Source: a virus. From it: a stretch of 64,000 nucleotides of DNA. Under the pieces are notes generated by a model that saw only the letters and a list, made by a program, of their open reading frames with translations, did no database searches and was not told the DNA's origin. Both the position numbers and the translations under genes were made by a program. Location of the stretch: positions 32,001 to 96,000 of IMG/VR virus record IMGVR_UViG_3300027141_000003; one strand, 5' to 3'. Positions 49,298 to 57,185 of the stretch are shown here, piece after piece. Position 1 is the first letter of the stretch. The number at the start of each line of letters is the position of its first letter.

Positions 49298-49997
49298 ATT
49301 TACCTTTATATGTTGGAATGTTGCCAACTTCTTGGCCCTTCTTCCACTCCTTATAGGTTTCTTCTTGTTCTGCTCTTGTTTGCTTTAATTCAGATTCCCA
49401 CTCCGCTATCTGCTCTGGAGTGTAAACAGCATCTGCATTATCCCAAAAGGATCCAACCGTGTATCTTTCTGCATTTTTAACAGTAGTCACTTCATGCTCA
49501 TTGCCATGCCCACCTTTAAAGAAGGCCAATCTTCCTGGCTTTGCTTTGACCACTATATCGTGATGTTTAAAGTTTAGGTCCCCACCTTCAAAATTATCAT
49601 TTAGATATAAGAATCCAGCATACTTACTTTTATAAAATGCAGATGGGCTTCCGTCTTCATGTGTATTGTCTGAATGAAAACTAGCAAATGCTCCAATAAC
49701 CCATTTTTGTGCATGATAGCTTACCTCTGATAGCTCTCTACCAAAACACTCTTCTCCAGCTTTTTTAATTTTTTCCTTTAATTGAGAAAAGTAATCTGAT
49801 GGCAGCCCAAACAACAATAGGTTATCGTCATGTGGCCAGTAGCCCATGGCAAATGAGCCATAAAAAGAAATTTGGTTCCACTCTAAATGTCCTGCATTTA
49901 CAATTCCGTCTAGGTATCCAATAATAGACTTACATTCCTCTTCTGTTATTAAATTATCAATAATAAAGACATCGTCTTTTAAAGCTGTTATTTCCAT
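49290..49997 (-). CDS. 2OG-Fe(II) oxygenase, prolyl-4-hydroxylase-like
   Basis: HSD...YLNDNFEGGDL...HEV...ERYT. Likely start at 49997. Confidence 0.85.
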   Translation of the reverse strand: MEITALKDDVFIIDNLITEEECKSIIGYLDGIVNAGHLEWNQISFYGSFAMGYWPHDDNLLLFGLPSDYFSQLKEKIKKAGEECFGRELSEVSYHAQKWVIGAFASFHSDNTHEDGSPSAFYKSKYAGFLYLNDNFEGGDLNFKHHDIVVKAKPGRLAFFKGGHGNEHEVTTVKNAERYTVGSFWDNADAVYTPEQIAEWESELKQTRAEQEETYKEWKKGQEVGNIPTYKGKYD

Positions 49998-50839
49998 TAG
50001 CATTCCTTCTTTTCTGCTTTAGATACAAAATCTAAATGATCTTCTATTTCTTTTTTAGTTGGCTCAACCTTTTGGCCATCTTTAAACACTAAGTTTCCTC
50101 CATAAATGTCGGCGTCTATTCTTGCCTGTTCCATTTCGGCCCAACGTTTTGCCCCATACTTAAGCTGGTTAGCAAGCCACTCTTCTGATCCTGCATACGG
50201 GTAGATCATAAAGTTTCTAATAAGATACTTGTTACCTCTAGTAGCTGTTCTAACTCCGTGATAATAAGGCTCTCCAGATGGAAATACCATGATGTCTCCA
50301 GCCTCTGGTTTATATGCAGGAACAAATTCCCCGTCTACATAAAATTCAATCTCTCCACCTTCATAGTCATCATTGATGTAAACAGTGCATGTTAAGAAAA
50401 ATTGATTGCCTGGCATGTCTTTTTCGCTTTGCTTAAAATCTGTATGGTACTGCATTGTTAAATTATTTTTTAAAGCGTCTACATTTGTGTGGTATTTACA
50501 GAAAGAAGAAGAGCCAAGCTTGCAATCTTCTGGAAGATCAATTTTATACTTATCAATATAATCATCAATTGCTAAGTTATAGGCATCATATACTGTTTCT
50601 GCGGCCCAATATTGCAGATCAAACTCTTCATCTTTACCCAATTGATCTTGAACCCCACCTTTAAATTTTGTGCTGGCATAATTACCGAAAGCACTCCAAG
50701 GGGTCCATGGGTTAAAGTATTTGTCTCCAGTATTGTTTTCTGTAGATTGAATTACTTCAAATATTTTCTTATGATCTGGTAGTAAGTTTTTGTAAACTTC
50801 AATTCTAGGATATAGTGTTTTTGTTACAAGACTCGACAT
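49997..50839 (-). CDS. 2OG-Fe(II) oxygenase, prolyl-4-hydroxylase-like
   Basis: HTD...YINDDYEGGEI...HGV...GNKY. Confidence 0.85.
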   Translation of the reverse strand: MSSLVTKTLYPRIEVYKNLLPDHKKIFEVIQSTENNTGDKYFNPWTPWSAFGNYASTKFKGGVQDQLGKDEEFDLQYWAAETVYDAYNLAIDDYIDKYKIDLPEDCKLGSSSFCKYHTNVDALKNNLTMQYHTDFKQSEKDMPGNQFFLTCTVYINDDYEGGEIEFYVDGEFVPAYKPEAGDIMVFPSGEPYYHGVRTATRGNKYLIRNFMIYPYAGSEEWLANQLKYGAKRWAEMEQARIDADIYGGNLVFKDGQKVEPTKKEIEDHLDFVSKAEKKEC

Positions 50840-51507
50840 TATTTGCCTCTTCCCAACTTATCTATTGTCCAGAACCACGGAGAAGTGTATCTGGTGCCTT
50901 CTGTAATTATATCAACACCGTGAATATAATTTAAATCTCCAGGGAAAAAATAGGCTGCTTTTTTCTTTGGCTTAAAAGCAACTTTTTGTTTAGGGAAATG
51001 CAACCTACCACCTTCGTAGTCTTCATTTAAATAAAAGATTGTTCCTAAGTCATACCAAGGGAAGTTACCTGGCTTGCCAGCATCTGGACCTTCATGTAGC
51101 TCTTTGTCGGCATGGGGCCATTGCATTGATCCAACTGGCCATCTAACTAGACACGGTCCAGTAGGCGTTACCTCTACATCAAAATGTTCTTCTATAACTG
51201 GCTTTAATCTGTTAATGATTACTTCAAGCATTTCTACTACTTCTGGCCCTGTTTGATCTAAGGACTTCTTCGTAGCTACTCGGTCTTTCCAGACATTATG
51301 CTGGTAAATAATTGTTCCGTTTTCGTTGTATACATCTTCGCCTGGATCCCAAGTTGTATTATTTTTAGCAAACTCTAGGAGGTAATCACACTCTTCATCT
51401 GTTAAAAAATTTTCAACTTCTACTATATTCTCTGGGCCTGCGCCAAAATATCCAGATGGTGTTATAGACGTTCTGTGATCTCTTATGTCGGAAATGTTTT
51501 TATCCAT
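50839..51507 (-). CDS. 2OG-Fe(II) oxygenase, prolyl-4-hydroxylase-like
   Basis: NFLTDEEC, HAD...YLNEDYEGGRL...HGV...GTRYT. Confidence 0.88.
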   Translation of the reverse strand: MDKNISDIRDHRTSITPSGYFGAGPENIVEVENFLTDEECDYLLEFAKNNTTWDPGEDVYNENGTIIYQHNVWKDRVATKKSLDQTGPEVVEMLEVIINRLKPVIEEHFDVEVTPTGPCLVRWPVGSMQWPHADKELHEGPDAGKPGNFPWYDLGTIFYLNEDYEGGRLHFPKQKVAFKPKKKAAYFFPGDLNYIHGVDIITEGTRYTSPWFWTIDKLGRGK

Positions 51508-51523
51508 TTATTATATCCTTTTC

Positions 51524-52252
51524 TTATTCATACTTTTTGGGAACCCAAGTTTTTTGCTTATAAACTCCATATTTTACTTTTCCTAAACTATCTTCTCTAT
51601 AAATTTTTGTATGTGCTTCGTGGCTATTTGCCATTTCTTGTTCTGTAAACAAGTTAAATTCGGAAGACCAATTTTCTCTTTTGTAGGGGAAAATTTGTGC
51701 GTAAGGAGTTCCTTTTTTAATTATACCCTGAAAAGTATTTTTTATAAAAAACGGGATAAGCCCTGGGGCCCCGTACTTATCACTATCAATTATACCTCCT
51801 GTGGTCAAAAAAGGCAGCTCGAAATGATTTATAGGTTGCATTACAAGGGCGCTATAGCCCTTTGGTAAAGTGAACCCCCAGTCTGGGTACCAATGAAATC
51901 CTTGGTTGTAATATCCTTCTGGATAGTGGAATTGACCCATATGAGGCCTGCCTTCACAAAACCCCGCAAAACCTTGCTCTGGCTGAATATAAATACTATC
52001 GTTATATTTAGTAACCGCTACATCACATGGGGTTGTAAACATATATCCTGAAGAAAAAACATCATGTAATGCTGGACAAGATTTAAATCCAGGACCTTTG
52101 CTATTGTCTGGTGGTAAATCTATTACTGCGTCATTTTCATCAGTCCAATATTTGCTTGCATTTAAAAACCAATCTGGAGTAGTTTTTTTTGCTGGAGAAG
52201 GCACAGTATTTTTATCGTTATATGCCCTATTGGAATTAAAAACAATTTTCAT
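51524..52252 (-). CDS. DUF6065-like hypothetical protein
   Basis: PAKK..PDWF, FKSCPALHD..SSGY, GIIDSD and IKKGTPYAQIFPYKRE. Confidence 0.55.
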   Translation of the reverse strand: MKIVFNSNRAYNDKNTVPSPAKKTTPDWFLNASKYWTDENDAVIDLPPDNSKGPGFKSCPALHDVFSSGYMFTTPCDVAVTKYNDSIYIQPEQGFAGFCEGRPHMGQFHYPEGYYNQGFHWYPDWGFTLPKGYSALVMQPINHFELPFLTTGGIIDSDKYGAPGLIPFFIKNTFQGIIKKGTPYAQIFPYKRENWSSEFNLFTEQEMANSHEAHTKIYREDSLGKVKYGVYKQKTWVPKKYE

Positions 52253-52971
52253 TTATTTAGATTCTTAACATCTAGCTTAATTGATTTAACTTCATGCTCT
52301 CCTAGAGCATTACCCATGTAGTCTACGGCATCTCTGTAGTAATCCGTCCACTTACCTTCGGCATTAGCTTTTTCAGCAGCAGCCATTGCTCCCTCAAGAG
52401 TAAGAGGGATATCTCTTTTTAGAAAAGGAGCATCGTGTCCTTCTCCCAAATTAATTGTAGAATTATTTAATTGAGTAAGAGATATTGGCATTATTGCAAT
52501 TATAGGATCATTTGCCTTTATTGTAATTGGTACAAATGGTCTTGTAATTTTCCATGCAACTGGGAGAGGCCCTTCAAAAAAAGATGTAGTTAAAATACTT
52601 GTGACTGCGCTGGCCCCATCTACAAAATGATTAGGAACTGGGAAAGATAAAAGGCTGTAGTCTTTATCCGTTACAAATCTAAGGTTGGTTTTAAAGTTAA
52701 TTGTTGCGTGTCCTCTACCAGTTTCACAGTATTTTTCTCCTTCTAAAATTTTTACATTGTCTGGATAGGTGCTTGTTATTCCATCCCACATAAAGGTTAT
52801 ATTTTCAGGAAAAGACAATCCCCATCCTATTTGATTGCTAAGTGTAATTGGAAAACATCTATATGCATGCTTATGAGCAGTTTCATCCATCCAGTCTCTT
52901 TTTGCAGAAAGTGGTGTTATGTTTGCAGAAAATGAAGATCCTGAAACCTTATAGGCATTTAAATTAATCAT
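52249..52971 (-). CDS. DUF6065 family protein
   Basis: RDWMD..HAYRCFPITLSNQIGW, IKANDPI and YYRDAVD..G...EH. Likely start at 52971. Confidence 0.65.
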   Translation of the reverse strand: MINLNAYKVSGSSFSANITPLSAKRDWMDETAHKHAYRCFPITLSNQIGWGLSFPENITFMWDGITSTYPDNVKILEGEKYCETGRGHATINFKTNLRFVTDKDYSLLSFPVPNHFVDGASAVTSILTTSFFEGPLPVAWKITRPFVPITIKANDPIIAIMPISLTQLNNSTINLGEGHDAPFLKRDIPLTLEGAMAAAEKANAEGKWTDYYRDAVDYMGNALGEHEVKSIKLDVKNLNK

Positions 52972-53662
52972 TATTTTTTCCCCCTTCAATAACATAAAGA
53001 CTTATTTTTTTTGTTTCGTGCTGGCCTACAACATTTCCATATTGGTCTAATCCGTCTCTGTACCAGTTTGTAAATCCATTTTTCGATAAACTAAATTCTT
53101 GCATTTTTTTCATGTATTCTTCGTCATGTTTTAAATTGGGCACTTCTTTATTGTGCATTGTAATTGATGACTTATTCAATTCGGACAAAGATATCGGAAT
53201 TATTGATGCTACGGGTGTGCCAGCTTTAATGGTAATAACTTTATTTTTAGACAGAACCTTCCATACAACTTGAAGTCCTGCTGTATAAAAAGATGAAGAT
53301 GTTATTGAAGTAAGGCATTGAACATCTTCTGCAATTTGATTTGGAACGGGCATAGTTAAAATACTAAAATTTGAATCTGTTTTAAATATTAAATTTGTTG
53401 CAAAACATATTACTGATTGCCCACGTTCAAAAAAACAATATTCTTCTCCGCTTATTACTTCTATCCCAGACTCATTTCCATTATCATTTAAAACAAATGA
53501 AATATCTTTTGGGAATGATATACCCCATCCAAGTTCATTTGATATAGTCAATGGCGGACAGTTGTATGCATATGGATGAGTTTGCATCCATTCTCTCTGT
53601 GGCTTTAATGGAGATAGTATTGCCTCTAAGCCACCTGTTCTATAGCAATCAAAGTCTATCAA
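52964..53662 (-). CDS. DUF6065 family protein
   Basis: REWM..YAYNCPPLTISNELGW, IKAGTPV and WYRDGLD..G...QH. Paralogue of 52249..52971. Confidence 0.65.
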   Translation of the reverse strand: MIDFDCYRTGGLEAILSPLKPQREWMQTHPYAYNCPPLTISNELGWGISFPKDISFVLNDNGNESGIEVISGEEYCFFERGQSVICFATNLIFKTDSNFSILTMPVPNQIAEDVQCLTSITSSSFYTAGLQVVWKVLSKNKVITIKAGTPVASIIPISLSELNKSSITMHNKEVPNLKHDEEYMKKMQEFSLSKNGFTNWYRDGLDQYGNVVGQHETKKISLYVIEGGKNND

Positions 53663-54403
53663 CTACATATCCCTTTGTTCGGCAGGCTTAAATCTTTTCC
53701 CTTCAACCAAGTGGTTGTACTCGTAGCTAGCTTCGATTTCTCGATACATTGGAGTATGAGGTGCTTCTTGATAGTCTAACATTGTTACAATTGCATATTT
53801 AGTTCCTGATTTAACTGGCATTGCTGCATGAGAATATATATAAGAAGACGGGAAAAGATATAGGTCTCCAGCTTTAGGTTTTACTGTAACGCCAAGCTTG
53901 TCAAAAAATAGCTCTCCGCCTTCATAATCATCATTGATATACCCTACTGAAGACAATACGCATACGTAAGAATATCCATGATCGGAATGGACATTAAAAT
54001 GTTGGTTTTTGCCGTACTTAATAAAATTAAACGACTCCCAATAATTTAACGGAGGAATTTGAAACATTTGCATATAGTCTGCTACTGCCGACATTTGAAG
54101 ACTTTTTGCTTCTCTCCAAATTTGCCTTAATTCAATTTCATCTTCAGTAAAATCTTTTGGGTCAACATGAGTTCCATTACCCAGCATTAATGATCCGCCA
54201 TCGTTTTCTTTAATTTTAAAATCCCAAGCATCTCTGTAGTCTTTATTTAATGTATCGTATCCAGTCTGGGCTAGATTCCAATGCTTCTTGCCCTGTGTCT
54301 TAGATAGCACTGACTCCAGCCTTTGATCTAAATTATATTCTTTTTTAAAAACATCTCTGTATACAACAATTCCAGGATATATTGTTTCTGCATTTGGCAA
54401 CAT
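53663..54403 (-). CDS. 2OG-Fe(II) oxygenase, prolyl-4-hydroxylase-like
   Basis: HSD...YINDDYEGGEL...FPSSYIYSH...GTKY. Confidence 0.88.
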   Translation of the reverse strand: MLPNAETIYPGIVVYRDVFKKEYNLDQRLESVLSKTQGKKHWNLAQTGYDTLNKDYRDAWDFKIKENDGGSLMLGNGTHVDPKDFTEDEIELRQIWREAKSLQMSAVADYMQMFQIPPLNYWESFNFIKYGKNQHFNVHSDHGYSYVCVLSSVGYINDDYEGGELFFDKLGVTVKPKAGDLYLFPSSYIYSHAAMPVKSGTKYAIVTMLDYQEAPHTPMYREIEASYEYNHLVEGKRFKPAEQRDM

Positions 54404-55030
54404 TTAATTAACCACCTTTTTGTGTTTTCTATCAACATAGTCATCGTATTCTTTTGAATGAGCATCATCATTATAGTCTAACATTGTTACAAAAGAGTAC
54501 TTCACCCCAGAATCCACTGGAAGGGCCACATGAGAATAAATAAAGGAAGACGGGAAAATTATTAAGTCTCCTTCATTAGGCTCTATATGTAAATCGAACT
54601 TAGGAAAAAAAAGACCTCCGCCAGTATAGTCAGAATTAGGATATCCAACTAATGATACGGTAGATTTATAAGACCATCCATCGTCAGCATGCTCTTTAAA
54701 AAATTGATTTGGATAATACTTTACAACATTTGTCCATTCCCAAAAATCCATTTTAATGCTGTACATTTCACAAAAATCTTCTACTTGATCTTTTTGGCAA
54801 CTGTATATGTCATTGTATATATCTAAATATTCTGGCTTATCGTAAATCTTTAAGTCTTGACAATTTCTATACTCTAAATCTTGATCTTCTAAAGATACCG
54901 TTGCAATATCCCACTTTAAAATATTATCGTTTACCTTATCTTCAATTCTTTGAATTAAATTTAATTCTTTAGGGAAGGCATTTGGATATTTCCAGATGCC
55001 TGGATATAGCTGTTGTTTGTTATATATCAT
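54404..55030 (-). CDS. 2OG-Fe(II) oxygenase, prolyl-4-hydroxylase-like
   Basis: HAD...DYTGGGL...FPSSFIYSH...GVKY. Paralogue of 53663..54403. Confidence 0.88.
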   Translation of the reverse strand: MIYNKQQLYPGIWKYPNAFPKELNLIQRIEDKVNDNILKWDIATVSLEDQDLEYRNCQDLKIYDKPEYLDIYNDIYSCQKDQVEDFCEMYSIKMDFWEWTNVVKYYPNQFFKEHADDGWSYKSTVSLVGYPNSDYTGGGLFFPKFDLHIEPNEGDLIIFPSSFIYSHVALPVDSGVKYSFVTMLDYNDDAHSKEYDDYVDRKHKKVVN

Positions 55031-55036
55031 AAATAT

Positions 55037-55065
55037 ATAATATCATTTTAAACAGTCCTAGTCAA
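55037..55065 (-). promoter_or_regulatory. SigA-type promoter, leaderless, for the oxygenase cluster (TTGACT-N17-TATTAT-N6-ATG)
   Basis: Fills the 39-nt gap between the Hint-domain gene and the first oxygenase. Confidence 0.65.
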
Positions 55066-55069
55066 TAGG

Positions 55070-56662
55070 CTATGCTAGGGTTTTGCAGCCGTTGTAAGCC
55101 AGCATTGATTCTGCTGCTATTAGTCCCCATGGCTCTCTATAAAACAAAAATACCTTGGTTTCTTTTTCAACAACTTCAAGTGATTCAATATTGATAAATT
55201 CTTCTATACCATCTTTATAAAATACAATTTGATCATTTTCTTTAAGATTTGATGTTGTTGCAAACTGATATCTACCGCCTCTTTTTATTAAAATCTGCTC
55301 AACTGTAGACAAGTCGTTTTTTTCTTCATTGTTTATTCTAATAACAGTAGTATTGGTCTTTTCGTAAATATTAAAGACCGTAGACTCAACATAAGATACG
55401 TTGTTCAATGTATCTGCTCTCCAGTTCTCTACTAGTTCCAAACAGTTCCTCGTAACTTCGCCTATGCTACAAGCGTCGTCTCCTTCTGGGCTATCGTCAA
55501 AGTTTACTGTTAACAAAATATCTCCGTTAACGATTTCTTTGGCTTTTTTGTAGCCATTTTTTGTTAAGACATTGGTATCTTCTGGAATACAAAAAGTTGG
55601 CGGCGCAAAGAATCTAGGTGGAGAAAAGAATCTAGGTGGTGAGAAGAATCCTGGTGGCCCAAAGAATCCTGGTGGCGAGAAGAATCCTGGTGGAGAAAAG
55701 AATCTTGGTGGTGAGAAGAAGCCTGGTGGAGAAAAGAATCTAGGCGGTGAGAAGAATAGGGGAGGTGAGAAAAATAGGGGAGGTGAAAAGAATCTAGGAG
55801 GAGCGAAGAATAGGGGAGGGGCAAAGAATAGAGGTGGAGAAAAGAATCTAGGCGGAGCGAAGAATAGAGGTGGGCTGAAGAATAATGGTGGGCTGAAGAA
55901 TAATGGTGGGGAGAAGAATAATGGTGGGGAGAAGAATCTTGGCGGGGCAAAAAAATCAGGTGGGGCAAAGAATAGAGGTGGTGAAAAGAATGTAGGAGGG
56001 GAAAAGAATGTTGTAATTTGATTTGAGGATCTTGGCAAAGACGTTCCATTTGCATTTACTGCAACTACAGAATAAGTTTGAACTGTTCCCATTGTTTCTC
56101 TAATGTTAATAGTTGTTGTTGTACCAGTAACTTCATAAGGAGAAGCTAATCCTCCTGGCTGAGCCGCCGTATCGGTAGATGTAATAATATATTTTGTTAA
56201 AGGCTTTCCACCAGAAGTTGATGCAGACCAAGAAACAACATCCTGACCTCTTAGGTCTTCTGTTGTGTGTCCTGGTCCAGTTGTACTAGAAACTGCAGTT
56301 ACTGATGCTGGAGCAGCAGGTATGGTTGTAAATAAAACAGGAGAAGAGGCGGTTGATGCATCTGATTGTCCATTTGCGTTGGTTGCCTTTACAGTTGCCG
56401 TTCCTGTTGCACCTTGTGGAATACCAACAATTGTAATTGGAGAAGATGCTCCAATATCCGAAAATGTTCCTTGATCAGTTACTAAAGTAGCGGTGTAGCT
56501 TACAATTGGTAGCTGGTTTGGTGGATACTCAAAAGAGATTATAGCTGAAGCATTGTTAAAAGGCCTGTTTGTTCCAACGTCTGTTACAACAACATTTATA
56601 GGTGGTATGGGAAGTTCAAAGTCTCCAGAGAGCTGAGATTTTCTACCAACTTTTTTACCCAT
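55070..56662 (-). CDS. Fn3-like domains + (FFxPPx)23 repeat + C-terminal Hint (intein-like) domain protein
   Basis: Two Fn3-like units (ATVKATNANGQS; YSVVAVNANGTS), 23 hexapeptides, then CIPEDTNVLTKNGYKKAKEIVNGD (Hint block A) and MLAYN (block G-like). Confidence 0.8.
   Translation of the reverse strand: MGKKVGRKSQLSGDFELPIPPINVVVTDVGTNRPFNNASAIISFEYPPNQLPIVSYTATLVTDQGTFSDIGASSPITIVGIPQGATGTATVKATNANGQSDASTASSPVLFTTIPAAPASVTAVSSTTGPGHTTEDLRGQDVVSWSASTSGGKPLTKYIITSTDTAAQPGGLASPYEVTGTTTTINIRETMGTVQTYSVVAVNANGTSLPRSSNQITTFFSPPTFFSPPLFFAPPDFFAPPRFFSPPLFFSPPLFFSPPLFFSPPLFFAPPRFFSPPLFFAPPLFFAPPRFFSPPLFFSPPLFFSPPRFFSPPGFFSPPRFFSPPGFFSPPGFFGPPGFFSPPRFFSPPRFFAPPTFCIPEDTNVLTKNGYKKAKEIVNGDILLTVNFDDSPEGDDACSIGEVTRNCLELVENWRADTLNNVSYVESTVFNIYEKTNTTVIRINNEEKNDLSTVEQILIKRGGRYQFATTSNLKENDQIVFYKDGIEEFINIESLEVVEKETKVFLFYREPWGLIAAESMLAYNGCKTLA
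55595..56008 (-). repeat. 18-bp degenerate tandem repeat x23 encoding FF(S/A/G)PP(L/R/G/T/D)
   Basis: 414 bp = 23 x 18. Unit count confirmed from both strands' translations. Third codon positions vary. Confidence 0.95.
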
Positions 56663-56675
56663 TTAATTGCCTTTC

Positions 56676-57176
56676 TTAAACAGTTAAGTCACCAAATAGA
56701 AGCCAGGTGTTGGCGTCTCGTTTTAATAGTGTTGCCATTGACCACTGGAATCTTAATTTGTTGCCTGGAGTGTAATTTAAAACTACACCTGCGCCAGCCA
56801 CAACGGTTGTTTGGCCTGTTCCAGATTGCAAAATATCTAAAGTTGTTCCTACGGGGAAATTTACAACAGAGTCTGCTGGTATTGTAAAATTATTTGCAAC
56901 TTGCATTCTAATGTCTACAATTGTATCTCTTTGATTTAAGTTATTAAGCGTATGCGGGAAATAATAAGTATTAATTGGGGTTAAAGATTGTACGGCTGTT
57001 TTGCTCTGAATTCCATCTTGAAATACTACAGTTCCGCCTGCAAGATTTAAAGTGCCAGCCAAATTAACTGTTCCAGCTAAGGTTGTTGTTCCTTGAAATC
57101 CAGCTCTGTCATTCACTGATAAGGACTTGACTTGCAAGTCCTCATCAGTATTGAATTTACCTTTATTGAGGGCCAT
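56676..57176 (-). CDS. Fibre-associated virion protein
   Basis: C-terminal FPVGTTLDILQSGTGQTTV...LRFQWSMATLLKRDANTWLLFGDL domain common at phage fibre ends. Confidence 0.55.
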   Translation of the reverse strand: MALNKGKFNTDEDLQVKSLSVNDRAGFQGTTTLAGTVNLAGTLNLAGGTVVFQDGIQSKTAVQSLTPINTYYFPHTLNNLNQRDTIVDIRMQVANNFTIPADSVVNFPVGTTLDILQSGTGQTTVVAGAGVVLNYTPGNKLRFQWSMATLLKRDANTWLLFGDLTV

Positions 57177-57185
57177 GGCTTTACC

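Noticed and set aside
55070-55591. Mobile (selfish) intein
   Set aside because: No endonuclease, only a 6-aa C-terminal remainder, Gly at +1, and not inserted in a conserved enzyme motif. Treated as a Hint domain instead.
55595-56008. CRISPR array or non-coding repeat
   Set aside because: Contiguous 18-bp units with no spacers, in frame inside a CDS, varying mainly at synonymous positions.
55564-56055. Alternative ORFs over the repeat (His/Ser-rich minus-strand ORF and GGEKN plus-strand ORF)
   Set aside because: These are shadow frames of the hexapeptide repeat. Only the FFxPPx frame is continuous with the Fn3 and Hint domains.
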